From the NCBI GenBank assembly GCA_013265495.1, contig MU058650.1, positions 647,394 through 711,393 of the forward strand: a DNA stretch of 64,000 nucleotides, written 5' to 3'. Made by a program: the position numbers and the translations under genes. The stretch is from Vicugna vicugna. Lineage: Eukaryota. Of this stretch, positions 1 to 13,722 are shown piece by piece. Under the pieces are notes generated by a model. The model had not been told where the DNA came from. It ran no database searches and saw nothing but the letters and a program-made list of their open reading frames with translations. Numbering within the stretch: the stretch's first letter is position 1; the number at the start of each line of letters is the position of its first letter.

Positions 1-410
1 CTTTTTTTTTTAGATTCCACACATGAGTGATACCATATGTTTTTTTCTCCTCTTTCTGGCTTACTTCGCTTAGAATGATGATCTCCAGGTCCATCCATGT
101 TGCTGCAAATGGCATTATTTCATTTTTATGGCTGAGTAGTATTCCATTGTATAAATATACATCTTCTTTATCCAGTCGTCTGTTGATGGACATTTAGGTT
201 GCTTCCATGTCTTGGCTATTGTAAGTAGTGCTTCTGTGAACATTGGGGTGCATGAATCTTTTTGAATTACAGTTCACTGCAGATGTATGCCCAGGAGTGG
301 GACTGCTAGATCACTGGGTAAGTCTATTTTTAGTCTTTTGAGGAATCTCCATAATGTTTTCCACAGTGGCTGAACCAAACTGCACTCCCACCAGAAGTGA
401 AGGAGAGTTC
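1..410 (-). mobile_element. L1 LINE 3' fragment (ORF2 C-terminus/start of 3'UTR), runs off window start
   Basis: Closely resembles the minus-strand L1 at 56010-56420 (tagattccac...gttgctgcaaatggcattatt...cacagtggctg). Confidence 0.92.
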
Positions 411-1268
411 TGAAAAGCGTTTCTTCATGCTCTGTCATAGCATGTGAGTGATTTTATTTTAAAATATGTCCAATAATATTATCAGTGTCTATCTGTAGGC
501 AGGCAAAAACTTCAAAATGTCATAAATTCTTTTACTTAATTTTAAATAAAAGTTAAAACCTCTGATGGTCAAAATCATGAAGCTCAGGAAAAGAACAAAT
601 TTAGATAATGAATATGAAAACAGAGGAGCTAAATCTTAAGTTTAGTTTCTAATTTTGCATTTGTAATTTCATATTATTTTTCTTCAACATAGTACCCAAA
701 ATAATATAAACTACAGGCCCCACAATACCTGGATCAGTCATTGCATAAGATAATGAAAAGTCAGGCTCAGTGGCCTTCATTTTATCACATTTGCTAGCCA
801 TCAATAAGAGAGAAAATACAGACACCAATTATTCTCCGAATGAAGAAGCTATGTATATGCACATATTCAGTTACAATCTCTTATTTGTGTAGCAAATCCA
901 ATCTTGCTTCAATACAGAGCTCTTGTTTCTTTAGTTTTAATTATGGATCACAAAATATTTGTTCATCTCAACCAAAAATCTCTTCCCCTGTAGCATAAGT
1001 TTTCATAATGAACAGAATAACAACCAAAATCATTGCATACTTCTTACAGGCGCTCCCTCTATGCATCCATACCTAATTTATAATCTGAATCCCATGGGAT
1101 TCAATCAACTCTCAACTGGAATAGATTCTAGCTTGCAAACATACTAGTTATGGCTCTTCCATATTTGTGCCAATGTGAAGGAATTTTGTCAGTAGCTCAT
1201 CTGGCTTTCTATCCAAATATAATATTGGTAATTAATGTTGGGGTCTGTTGGTTTTGTTTCTATATTTT

Positions 1269-1475
1269 ATTTTATTTTATTTTATTAATTAACTAATTAA
1301 TTTATTTATTGAGGTATAGTCAGTTCACAATGTTGTGTCAATTCTGGTGTACAGCACAATGCTTCAGTCATACATGAATATACATATATTCATTTTCATA
1401 TTCTTTTTCACCATGAGCTACTACAAGATACTGAATATACTTCCCTGTGCTATACAGTATAAACTTGTTTATCTA
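1269..1475 (-). mobile_element. 5'-truncated young L1, 3'UTR tail only
   Basis: T-rich tail then the reverse complement of the 3'UTR seen at 2170-2345; TSD ttgttt(c/t)tatatttt at 1254-1268 and 1476-1490. Confidence 0.9.
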
Positions 1476-1834
1476 TTGTTTTTATATTTTCAACACATAA
1501 AATAATATGACAAACATTTCTCATATTTAATGAGCATGAACACTGATACTAACAATAATACTAGAGTTAAAATGCTAAACTATTTCCTGCTAACATGGCT
1601 TGTCTGTGAGATTCTTTATGTAGCTCTGCCTTCTCTGCTTTTCTGAACCAAATCAGGTCCAGGAAGGCTTTTGCCATCTTCTACTTACCCAGTTCCTGAA
1701 CTTATTACTATAGACTAGAAAGATAGACTCATTTCATTTGCTTCCTCCTGCACAGACTCTGCCCTTACCTTCAGTTTAAAGTGTGAAGATACACCTCTCC
1801 AGGTGCCGTCTTTCATATACAGAACCAAGTTTCA

Positions 1835-3740
1835 ATAAATATGTGGGCCTGTTTCTGAGCTCTCTATTCTGTCTATCTGTTTTTGGATTTAAGTTTGAAT
1901 ACAGTATTTTGTTTTTCCCAAGTACCTTACAGTTTTTTTTGTCATTGTAGGTAGCCTTTTAAAATAGCTTTTAATTTTTCCAATGTATAAGAATGTAATA
2001 TTGATATCACTCATAGGTGGAATCTAAAAAAAAAAAGACAAATGAACTTATATATAAAACAGAAACAGACTCACAGACATAGAATACAGACTTGTGGTTG
2101 CCAGCAGGGAGGGGGGTCGGTAGGAACGGACTGAGAGTTTGAGATTTGCAGATACTGACTGGTATATATAAAATAGATCAACAAGTTTATCCTGTATAGC
2201 ACAGGGAAATATATTCAATATCTTGCAGTAGCTCACAGTGAAAAAGAGTATGAAAATGAATATATGTATATTCATGTATGACTGAAGAATTGTGCTGTAC
2301 ACCAGAAGTTGATGTAACACTGTAAACTGACTATAACTCAATAAAAAAATTAAAAATAAAAAAGAATGCAATATTATTTTATATAAGGATCTATCAAGAA
2401 ATTTTGCTGTATTCTCTTAATTTTGTGTCAATTATCTTGGATGTTTTACGTAGATGTTCATATCGTCTGCAAATAATGACAGTTTTGTTTCATTGTCTTT
2501 AATCATAAATTTTACTTACTTTTCATATCTTGCTGCAGTGTCTAGGACCAGTATTAGGAATAATATTAATAAGTATTCTTGTTTTGTTGTGGACCTACTT
2601 TAAGGAGAGCACTCAAACAAAATTCATCATTACATGTGATGTTTACTGCTGGCTTTGTACAGATTTCTCATTATCAAACAGAAGACATCACCTTCTACCC
2701 AGTTTGCAATTGCCATTGCCATCAGTTTTCTACATAAATGGCTGTTAGATTTTTATGAAATGCTTTATCTATAGCCACTGAAATGTCATATTTTTTCCTC
2801 TTCTGTATGTTTAAATTTAGTGAATTAAATAAGCAGATTTTTCTGACACTGAAATCCTTGCTTGTTTCACTGTTCCACAACTTTCATGTTATATTTTTAT
2901 CTAGATATTTGTTTCTTTTTTATGATGAAATTAATCAGTATTAAAGATGCTGTTTTCCATAGCCAGTGTTAATTTAGATTTAACTCTATGTTGAGTAATT
3001 TCCTTCTTCACCTTGGTACTTTTGCATTCTTTCTTTGATTCAGTTTTCATTTTCCTGAAGTATACTTTTAATAGATTTTTCCAGTGAGGATTAATCCTTG
3101 GTTAGTAAGTTCTCCGTCTTTGTTTTTTTTTTTTTTTCACTCGAATTCTTGAAAAAAAATTGTTTAAATATGTATACAGTCCTCAGTTAACAGTTACTTG
3201 TTGCCCAGCATTTTGAATACGTTATTCCATTATGCCTTGCTACTGCTGTTTTTAACAAGAACTCTGGTGTGAATAACTTCTCTTTTTTTTTCTGCTGGCT
3301 TTTTTAGTGGCATCTTTTTCTTCGAGATACTTCAAGTTCAACAGAATATATCCAAGTTTCCCTTTATTTTTATTAATCAAATTATTAATTCTTAATTTAT
3401 GGAAAATTCTTAGCCATTACTTCTTTCCATATTATCTTTCTTGTACTCATTCTAAAATGTTTTCTGTGTCTCTTAATCACTAATATTTTAGTCACTTTAT
3501 TTTGTGCTCTGAATGATTTTTTTCGTAGTACCATTTTTGGCTCATTAATCCTGTTTAGTTACATCTAATTTATTACTTAATACAGTTACTGTTGTTCACA
3601 TGGTGATTTATGATATTTTTGACATTGTAAGCTATCTTTCTAGGGGTGTTTTTTCCTGGACAATCACACACATACTCTGCATTGTTGAAGTTTCTCTTCT
3701 GGAAAGTGCTGATTCTCTACCTCAAAACCAGTCATTTTTA
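1835..3740 (-). mobile_element. Ancient, degraded L1M fragments, interrupted by a younger L1
   Basis: T-rich strand bias and antisense L1 motifs such as tcgtctgcaaataatgacagtttt and gtttactgctggctttgtacagat. Confidence 0.6.
2003..2361 (+). mobile_element. 5'-truncated young L1 3'UTR with poly-A
   Basis: tggaatctaaaaa...acagaaacagactcacagac...tatagcacagggaaatatattcaa...caataaaaaaa; TSD aagaatg(t/c)aatatt at 1989-2002 and 2362-2375. Confidence 0.93.
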
Positions 3741-3741
3741 A

Positions 3742-4530
3742 GCAGCTTTATTAAGGTATAATTTACATAAAAATAAAATCTCACATTATTAAACTATAGA
3801 ATTCAGTAAATTCTGACATATTTACATACCCATGAAACTATTACTGTAATCAAAGTAATTAACATATTCATCACACAAACAATTTCTTGTGCCAATTTGT
3901 AACCCTTTCCTCTGACCCACATCTCACCCTCTTCCCCAGGCAATCATCAATCTGCTTTTCATCACGTTAGAGTAGTGTGCATTCTCTAGATCCTTGTATA
4001 AACGGAATCACAGATTTTATACTTTTAGTTGACTCATTCATTGAACTATAATTATATAAAAATTCACCTATGCTGTTATTTTTTAATCAATAATTTTTTT
4101 TAAATTTCTGAGTAGTTTAACATTGTGTGACTGTAGTACAGTTTATCAATTTATCTGCTGTGGATAGTTGAATTGTTTACAGTTTGGGGCTATTATAAAT
4201 AAAGCTGCTATGAACATTCTTATACAAGTCTTCATAGAGACATAAGCTTTCATTTTTCTTGGGAAAACATCTAGGAATGGAATGCTGGAGTAATAGAGAA
4301 GATGTATATTCACATTTAAAAATTTTTCCAAATTGTTTTCTCAGTGGCAAAAAACCCCACTTTGGTTGTATGAGTTCACATTCTATAACTCTAACAGAAT
4401 GTAAGAGTTTCAGTCCCTCCATATGCTAATGGATACTTGATGTGGACAGCCTTTTAAATTTTAGCTGGTCTGATAACTGTACAGTGGTATTTCGTTGTGT
4501 TTAATTTGCATTTCCCTAATAATTAATTAT
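3742..4530 (-). mobile_element. Old L1 (L1MB/L1MC-like) 3' end
   Basis: cagctttattaaggtataattt tail; minus ORF 4146-4331 carries the degenerate ORF2 motif KTCIRMFIAALFIIA. Confidence 0.8.
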
Positions 4531-4534
4531 AAGT

Positions 4535-4855
4535 GTGGGGAGCCCCTGAAAGACTGTGGTCCCAGGAATTTCTCACTGTTATTAAAATCCACACACAGCC
4601 TCTAGCAAGTCATCAAAATTAAAATTTAAGTGGTGCTAACAAAGTTTATGGCTCTAGTGGTTTCTGCTCCAGGCAAGCAGATTTCTGTATCTCTCTGGAT
4701 GTATCTCTGATTTGGGGGTGACAGTTTGCCCTGAAACTTCAGTTCACCACCAGGTCCAGAAGTCATTGATTTTCAATTTGTCCATGTTTATCTTTATGTA
4801 AAAATGAGAATGGTGACGTCCAAGCTTTTTACACGTCGAGAGTAAAAACCGGATG
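4535..4855 (-). mobile_element. Ancient L1M 5'-end fragment
   Basis: Ends in tccaagctttttacacgtc...aaaaccgga, resembling remembered L1MC/MD 5'-end consensus. Confidence 0.55.
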
Positions 4856-5196
4856 GTTAGGAAAGGATTTAACTAAGGGTTTTAAATAAAATTTAAGTTA
4901 TTCAATAGATATAAAACTATTCTGGTTATTTTTTTCTTTTTCCTTTTTGTGAAGTTTGAAGGTTTGTGTTTTCAGAAAACTTGTCCATTTAATTTGTTGT
5001 ATTTATTGGCATAAAGTTTTTCATAATATTCCCTTAATATCATTTAATATCTGTAGAATCTGTAATTATGTCACTTTTATCTTATATTAATAATCTGTGC
5101 CTTCTCTTTTTTTCTGATTACTGTCTAAAGGTTTATTAATTTTATTATTGTCTCAATCAACATTTACTTTTATGATTTTCTCTATTTGGTTTTTAA

Positions 5197-5731
5197 TGTT
5201 ACCAAGTCCAAACTCATTCTGCTCACCGTATGACAGGCCAATAAATCAGAAGACAAGGAGTTGGGGCAAGGAATAGCGACTTTATTCAGAAAGCAAATAG
5301 ACCAAGAAGATGGCAAACTAACATCTTGGAGAACCATCCTGCTCCAGTCAGGATACAGGCTCCTTTTATTAAAAAACAAACAAACAAACAGGGGAGGGGG
5401 TGTGGTTGGTTGTTGCAAACTTCTTGCTGCAGGAATTCTTTGTTCCTGCAGCTGTCCATGTGGCTCAGGCATGGCATCCCTGTAAACTTCCAACAAAACA
5501 AAGGTTATTCTCTACTTTGCAACTTGCCATCTCTATGTAAGTGCAGAAATGCTGACATCCTTAAAGGTCAGAGCCCCAAGAATAGGCTCTCCTGTTTACC
5601 AGACAGGCTAAAGGCAACATTATTTTATAAAAGGTGCAGAGCCAGCATCCTAAGCCTAGAAAACAGGGTACAGTGGTTAAAACTAAAGGAATAGATCCAA
5701 TATAGAGTCATATCTGTTCTCCTCTACTACA
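5197..5731 (-). mobile_element. Solo LTR, ERV1-type, family A copy 1
   Basis: TG...CA termini, perfect 4-bp TSD ttaa (5193-5196, 5732-5735), reverse-complement homology to 7361-7883 and 39346-39863. Confidence 0.93.
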
Positions 5732-6029
5732 TTAATATTATTGATTTCTGTTTTGATCTTTATCATTTGGTTCCTTTTGCTTAATTTAGGTTTCATTTGC
5801 TTTTCTTTATCTAGCTTCCTAATAAGGTAAAAGTTAAGATCTTTTGTTTGAGAAATCTTTATCTTTTCTAGCAAAGTTGTTGAGTTCTGTAAATTTCCCT
5901 TGATATACTATTTTAGCTGCATCCCACACATTTTGATACATTGACTTAATTCTCACTGAGTTAACAAATTGTTTAATTTTTATTGCTTCTTTGAATCTTG
6001 GGTTACTTAGAAGTATGTTATTTAGGTTT

Positions 6030-6420
6030 TGTTATTGAGATATATTGATATAACTTTATATTAGTTTCAGGTGTAAAACATAATGATTTGATATTTGTAT
6101 AATCACTACAGTAAGTCTAGTTAACATTCATCATCATTCATAACTACAGTTTTTTTCTCTTTGTGATGAGAACTTTCAAGATTCACTTAGCTACTTTCAA
6201 ATATGCAATACAGTATTATTAATTATAGTCACCATGTTGTACATTCATCTCCATGACTTTACTCATTTTATAACAGGAAATTTGTACCTTTTGACCCCCT
6301 TCACACATTTTTCTCACCCCTCTATCCCCTACCTCAGGCAAACACCAATTTGTTGTCTATATGCATGAACTCAGGTTTATTTGTTTGTTTTTTGGGGTTT
6401 TTTTTTTAAGATTTTAAATA
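6030..6420 (-). mobile_element. L1 (L1MA-like) 3'UTR fragment nested in older L1
   Basis: ttattgagata...tttcaggtgtaaaacataatgattt...tatagtcaccatgttgtacatt is typical antisense L1MA 3'UTR. Confidence 0.75.
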
Positions 6421-7360
6421 TTTTTTTTAGATTTTTAAATACTGTGGCTTTTTCCTGATATCCTTCTGATGTTGATTGCTTATTTAATTTACTTTAACTT
6501 TGTTCCTAGAACATCCCTGGAGTGACTTGACTCCCTTAAAATGTATTCAGACTTCTTTTATGGCCCCAAATATTGTCTATCTTAGTAAGTGCTTTGTGTG
6601 CACTTGAGAAGTATCCGTTGGTTGGTGGAGCATTTTATAAATGACACAGGTCAAGTTGGTCAATAATATTGTTCAAATCTTTATATACTTACTGATTTTC
6701 TGTCCATTTGCTTTATTAATTATTGAGATAGTGTGTTAGAGTATCTAACTATAATTGACTTGTCAATTACTTTCAATTCTATCAGCTTTTGCTCTATTTA
6801 TTTTAGAACTCTGTTACTAGATACACATTTAGGGATCTTACATCCTCTTGATAAATTGACTTTTTGTAATGTTATGATATTATTCTTTTTATGCTAGGTT
6901 ATATTCTTTGTTCTGAAATCTAATTTGTCTAAAACAAAAATAACCACTCCAGCCTTCTTTTGATTAAGCTTATTGTAGCATATATGTTGGAGCCATTCTT
7001 TTATTTTTAATCGAGCTGTGTTTGAAATTTCTTATAGGTTTCCTATAGGCAGTATATAGTGTCTATTTTATTTAATCTGACTAAGGATGTTTAGACCACT
7101 AATATTTAATGTGATTTTAAAATATCTTCTAGTTTATACAGATCATCTTGATAGTTGTGTTCTACATTTTCCATCTGTAATTTGATCAACTTTTTTCTAT
7201 TTTCTGCCTTCTTTGAGACTAATTGAATAGTTTAAAAATTATTTCAGCTCCTTTTTGGCTTAAAACTTATAAATTTTTGCTATAATATTTTACTTGTTGC
7301 TTTAGTTTATGCGTTATGTCACATCTCTTTAATTTATCACAGTTTACTTATATGTGACGT

Positions 7361-7883
7361 TGTAATAGAAAAGAACAAATCTGACTCCATATTAGATCTG
7401 TTCCTTTGGCTTTAACCCTGTGCCCTGTTTTCTAGGCTTAGTCTTGCTCGCTTTGCACCTTTTGCAAAAGAATGTTGCCTTTAGCCTGAAATATACAGGA
7501 GAGCCTGTTCTCAAGGCTCTGATCTTTAAGGATATTAAGGCTTTTGCACTCTTTATAAAGATAACAAGTTGCAGAATAGAAAATAAGATTTGTTCTGTTA
7601 GAGGTTTTACAGGGGCACCATGACCTGACCCACCTGGACAGCTACAAGAACCAAGAATTCCTGCGCTAAGAAGTCTGCAACAACCAACCACACCCCCTCC
7701 CCTTTTTAGTATAAAAGAAGCCTGTATCCTGACTGGAGCAGGATGGTTCTCCAAAACGGTAGTCTGCCATCCTGTCAGTCTGCCGGCTTTCCAAATAAAG
7801 TCTCTGTTCCTTGCCCCAACACCTAGTCTCCCAATTTATTGGCCTGTTGTGCGGCAAGTGGAATGAGTTTGGACTTGGTAGCA
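7361..7883 (+). mobile_element. Solo LTR, ERV1-type, family A copy 2
   Basis: tgtaatagaaaagaac...ggacttggtagca; TATAAAAG ~7710, AATAAA ~7794; flanks acgt/atat are consistent with a CpG-decayed 4-bp TSD. Confidence 0.93.
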
Positions 7884-8634
7884 ATATTTCATCATTTCTT
7901 TTATAAGAACTTTACAGAAGTTCTTTACAAAAGTTCCAATTATCTCTCAGCCTTTGTGCCTTTGCTTTCACACATTTTACTTACACTTATGTTATCATCC
8001 CAATACATTACTTGCTACTTAAAGAGGCAATTATTTTTCAGAGAAAAATTAAAGTAAGAAAGAGAAGTCTCTATACTTACCCATGCAGGTGCTGCTTCTG
8101 CTGTCTTTTTCATTGTTGTGTGGACCCAGGTTTCCACCTGCTATAAGGTACCTCTGCTGGAAGGGCTTTCTTAGGTCTCTGTGTGCAGAATAATTTCAAC
8201 TTGTGTATGTGTGAAAAAAAAGTCATGGTTTAACCTTCTTTTTTGAAGAATATTTTCTATAGATACATAAATCTAAGCTGACAGATGCTTTCTTCTTTCA
8301 GTTCTTTGAAGATGCTACCGCTCCATATTTTTGCTCCTGTTGTTTCCAGTAAGAAATCTATCATCCCTATCTTTGTTCTTCTGAATATAATGCATACACT
8401 TTGTGAGCGATTTTGAGATTCTTTTTCTTATTATCATTGATTTTAAGTAATTTGATTTGGATATAATTTGCTATAGTTTTCTTTGGGTTTCTTGTACTTG
8501 GGGCTCACTGAACTTTTGAATCTGCATGTTTGTAATTTTCACTAACTAGAGGGAAGTCTAATTATATATTTAGTTCCCTTGAATTCGTCTCATATTTCAC
8601 TGATGCTTTTTCACATTTAAAAGCAAAAACTGTT

Positions 8635-8798
8635 AAGTTTAAAAAGCTAAAGATCTAATCTGATCTTAGACATAATTAGTACATAGATGTAAACTAAAAA
8701 AATGTGCAGTATCCTGTATATATGTATTTATATGCAATATAATGTGTATGTGCAGTCGAACTGTAAATAGTTCTACGTAATAAAACTAAAAAAAGAAA
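8635..8798 (+). mobile_element. Short polyadenylated retroposed element (non-canonical L1 tail)
   Basis: AATAAA 8779-8784 followed by an A-tail; TSD aaaaactgtt 8625-8634 and 8799-8808; homologous to the reverse complement of 42036-42198. Confidence 0.85.
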
Positions 8799-11700
8799 AA
8801 AAACTGTTTTCTCTCTGTTTCATTATGGATAGTTTCTATTGCTATGTCTTTAAGGTCACTAAGATTTTGTTCTCCATTGTCTATTCTTCTGTTAATGACA
8901 CCCAGTGTATTTTTGATCTCAGAAATTGTAATTTTCATCTCTTGAACTTTGATTTGCTTAATCTAAAAAACCAGCTGTTTGAAGATATGGAATACAGTCA
9001 TAATTAATCTTTTAATGTTCTCTAAACTAAATTTACCATCTGTGTCATTTCGGAGTCCATTGTCATTAATTGCTTTTTTTCCTCACCATTGCATTTTCCT
9101 ATTTCTTTGCATGCTTGGTAGTTTTACTTGAATGTCAGACATTGTGTTTTATATCTTGCTCGGGGCTGGATACTTTTGTATTCCTATAAATATTTTTGAA
9201 GCTTTGTTCTGGGACATAATTATTTGGAAACTCTTTGATCTTCTGGGTCTAACTTTTAAACATTGTTACATGGAAACAGAACATTTAATCTGGAGTTAAT
9301 TTTTCCCACTACTGATTTCCCATGAGTTACTAAGTTTTTCACTTTGATTTCTGGCAATAAAACACCACTCCTGTTCATATATGACCTCTAGGCCTTGTTA
9401 TCTAACCTCTAGAGTATTGTTTCCTCACGCTTTGGGTAATCTCACATGAATGTACCAATGAGAGCTCTATTGCAAATTTGAAAGGGTGTCTCTGCTGATT
9501 TCTAGAATTTTCTCTATGCACAGCTCTCCTCTCAGTTATTCTTTCCTACAAACGCCAGCTACCCTAGCTTCTCCCAACTTCCAAATCTATCTCCTGCCTG
9601 AGCCATTTTCTGGAAACTTTTTCCAGGCAATGAACTAGGGCAATCATAGTGTTCGCTCACTTCATCCTGTCCTGTATCTAAGGATCAATATCCTTCATTG
9701 CCTAAAGTCTAGTCCCTTGAGAGTCTTTGATGCATATATTTTGTCTGTTTTTGTTTTTGTTTTTGTTTTTTGATGTTGCAGGTAGGAGGGTAAATCTTAT
9801 CCCATCTTGGCCTAATAAGGAAGCCTTCTCAGAGTGGTTTTATGTTATTTCTTAATTTGGTATACGTGCACCATGTGTAATTAAATTTCAATTTATACCT
9901 GAACCTGCCATGGGCTAAGGTACAAGGGGTGGTGTTGAACTTGTAAGGGTGAATTTTTTATACTCCCATTAAATTCTTGATCAGGTGAATAAAAACAAAT
10001 CTACACTTCAACTCCCAAAGATGGTATGCAGAGATTTTTTCCTCAATTACTTTTCAAAAATAAAGAAGTTCTTGGACAATCCCATCAAATGGGATATGGC
10101 TTTAGTCTGTTGTGTTGGGAAAATCATTTTCCTTAAGTTTGCGGCTTATTTCATAAGTTTCTTGAATGTACCATAGCACGTATATTTTTTAGGTATATAG
10201 AGTATAACTTTTTTATGATCTGTTGTTTTGTTTTGCTTTTTGCTTTATTGTTTCACTTTAACATCCAAATGTATCAATTTCATACTGGAAGCAATATGTT
10301 ATGCTTATTTTGGAAATTATTCATTTTATTGGCATGGTCATTGTGCTTTGTGATACATAACGTGATAAATAACATAAAAACTTCTAACAGTCCATGTCAT
10401 GTTTTTCAAAATGTTACAAGATAGATCTCGGGTCAGATACTTTCAGATATCTTTACTGTAGTCTTCTTTTTTTTTTTTACCCTTAAGAAAGTTATCACAT
10501 TGTATATTCCGTTATTCAAGCTCAAAACCTTCACATTCCATATTGGTAATGGAGCCTTGTTCACTATGTACATTCTTTGGAATGTAGTATTTAACTCACT
10601 TCATTTTGAGATATAGTTACCTTCTTTGAATTGTTTATGTAATGTAATTCAGTTAGTAACAGCAAGAAGGTAAAATTCATCAGGCACAACAATAGCATAT
10701 AAATGATGTGAAAATAGATTAGCCATTTAAAACTTCACCTTGACCACTGGATGTTAAATAAGACTGATGGCCGTATTCTCTGAAAATGTAAGCAATCTTA
10801 CATTTCAAGTGTATAATATATTTCATCATCTTTTCTAAAATTGCCAAGAGGCTGCTGAGTGCTCTACAAACTTTTAGGGTTTCTGAGTGATACATTAACC
10901 ACATTTTAAGAAATACTGCCTTAGAAAATTCAATAAAACTACAGACCATTTCAAAGAATTTTGCACAAATGTTCCTGAATCCGTTTTCAGACCTCAGGCT
11001 AGGAATCACTCTTACAGTTGCTTCCTTTGATAAGGGCACACAGATCTTTCAATAAATGTGCCACGGCCAAGGTAACTGCATCTTTTGTCCCAAAGCCTAC
11101 AAATTTCTAAAGAAGAAACTACCTTGGGTTATTTTTTTCAAACGGGGATTGTGACAGGGCGAACAATTGCAGTCCATGTGTTGTCCAGCATGAAAACCAA
11201 AATGAAAAATTCTGTGGCAGTCAGCCGACGTGACAGTCGAGTGTCATTCACAGGCAATAGATCATTATTTATTTGCCATCAGTTTTAGAGAGATAGCCAA
11301 AGATCCTTAGACGTTACCAGAGTAGAAATCACTAGAAAGGCTGCATGATAAATCTACAATATGAGAAAGGCCAGAAATACACGTCTAAGGAGTGAAGCGA
11401 TGATGCTTGATAAAACAAAAACACAAAACCTAGTATGAGTCTTAGTGTTTTGGCTTTGGCAGGCCCTGTTGGACACGAGTCTTGTTTTCAAGAAGACAAA
11501 GAACACATTTACCCAAATTGCATCTACCATTAAGATGTTACAGGTTTTAAACTCACTAATTACTCTGCACATCCATGTGCCTTTTAAAAGCAGAGAGAGA
11601 GAGATTAAGATGATGCAGTTGGAGGACTTCACCCTCCCCCTCCCCACCATGAATGCATTAAATCTGTACGGAGCAGTTGTCACTGAAAACAACCTGGGGC

Positions 11701-13722
11701 TTGGCAGAAGGACTCATACAACCAAGGCTGCGAAGAAAGACCTCTGTGGAGTTGGCTATGAGGGGAAGACAAGCAATCAAGCAGGGACCGATGCCCCTAG
11801 GACACAGAAGGGGCAGGATCACACAGGCTTGGATATGCTCCCTGGAGCGTCAGCAATTCTAACCACATACTGGGAACCTCAGCCCCGGGGTCTGACACTG
11901 GGGAGATGAATCCCTTAGGTGGTTTGAAAACCAGTGGGACTAACAGGAGGGCTGTATGAAACCTGGACTCCACTGGTAAAGAGCACACATATGCTTGCTT
12001 ACTCTGGGGAACAAGATGGAGGAGGCAGATTGAAACCGCCAAGGACTCTGGCTGGTTTCCCACAACCTTCCCCAGCACGTGCCTTGACACGCTCAGATCA
12101 CCGACTCTGGACCCTCTGGCTGTGGGGTTTTGCCATACTAGGTAGAAGGCTGACAGTGGGGAGCAGAGTGCACAGTTGGGGGAATGGAGTTGGCTCAGAA
12201 TCCAAACAGGGAGGGGGGCCATTACTGGCATTTGCAGAGGTGACAGATTGGGAGCAGCCTGGAGCTCTGACTGGGGTGCCAAGACTGCCCCATTGAAAGC
12301 CCTGGCCCACGTGTGTGCCCACTCTGGCCCCTCCTGCCCTGGTCCCGCTCCACACTAGGAATAAAGTTGCTATGACCGAGGAGGGTACACCATTGGCGGG
12401 TGGGGACAGAGCCCGCTCAGACCCAGGACAGCATCTAAACAGGGGGAGGACAGCCATTAATGGCAACAGATCAGGAGCGATCTGGAGCTCTGGCCTGTGT
12501 GCCAAGACCACACTAGTGCGTGCTCTAGCCTCTCTTGCTGCAGCTCTGCTCCCTTCTTGGGCAAAGCTGCCATTGCTGGGAGTGGGAAGACTGCACACTT
12601 AGAGGAGACAGAACCAGCTCAGACCCAACTTTTAGGGCTTCTGCTCCAGCAACTTGGGACCGAACCCCACCCACGATAGAGGAGTGACAGATACTGAGAA
12701 TAAGAGAAGCCTTGACTCACACGTGGCTCTGGCTCTACCCCTCCATCTACAAGCTCACCTTCCACCAAGGTAACAGCTGCCAGCACACCTGGGGGACGGG
12801 ATGACCCGCTCTCCCACCATAGCCCCTGGGCACACACAGACTACACAAGCACTCACACGCAGGGACACTGAAGACTGGGACAGGTCGCTGTTTCACCTAA
12901 TTTCACAGAGACAGAGAAAGTTAAGCAAAATGAGAAGACAGAGCTAAAAATGTAACAACAAGGGGGAAAAATGTGGAAAAACAACTCATTAAACAGAGAT
13001 CAATGACTTACATACACCTAGAAACAGCCTCACCCACCAGACGGCCAGGGCCCACTCCACCTCTTACTGGGAAGGCACTTGTCCAGCCCTCCAGGAAGCC
13101 TGCTTTAGCCCTGGGCCAATCTAACCCACCACGGGGTGGGCACCAGACAGAAGAAACCACAATCCTGCAGACTGCAGAGTCTGCCCACAGCAGGCCAGAC
13201 CCTACCCTGGGACCAGCTGAGCCCTGGCCATGCCCACTAGCAGGCCAACATGACCACTAGTCGGTTACTTCGTGACCAGGCCTCACCAACCAGCAGTCAG
13301 CAGCCACCACACAAGGCAGGACCTCACCAAGCCCACCAGACCACCACACAGTCAGCCCACCAAAACAGAAGGACCCGCACAGCCCTCATAGTGGGAACCC
13401 CGGGAGCACATAGCTTGGGTGAGGAGAGGGGAGTGCACTGCTGGGATGCAGAGGACATCTCCTACAGAAGACCACATCTCTGCATCAGACAGAGAAGGAC
13501 AACTACTGTATGTTATCACTTATATATGGAATCTGAAAAATAAAACAAATGAATGTAACAAAACAGAAATAGACTCAGAGAGAACAAATGAGTCATTACC
13601 AGTGGGGAGAGGTAAAGGGTGAGGGGCAAGATAGGGGATTAAGAATTACAAACTACTATGTGTAAAATAAATAACCTACAAAGATATATTGTACAAAACA
13701 GAAATATAGCCATTGTTTAATA

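Larger units (their letters stand above)
4860..9825 (-). mobile_element. Ancient L1M 5' half (5'UTR, ORF1 and start of ORF2 remnants), host of four later insertions
   Basis: Continuous T-rich antisense L1 sequence; minus ORF 5683-5874 resembles ORF2 (KLDKEKQMKPKLSKRNQMIKIKTEIN); 5' end ggagggtaaatct...ccatcttggcc near 9790-9815. Confidence 0.75.

Noticed and set aside
5182..5694. Similar ORFs at 5326-5694, 7392-7754 and 39377-39679 suggesting a small gene family
   Set aside because: They are antisense readings of the same LTR family with inconsistent frames and starts.
11445..13622. Cluster of overlapping 95-166-aa ORFs and GC-rich, promoter-like composition
   Set aside because: Explained by stop-poor GC-rich L1 5'UTR sequence; CpG-depleted and no recognisable protein.
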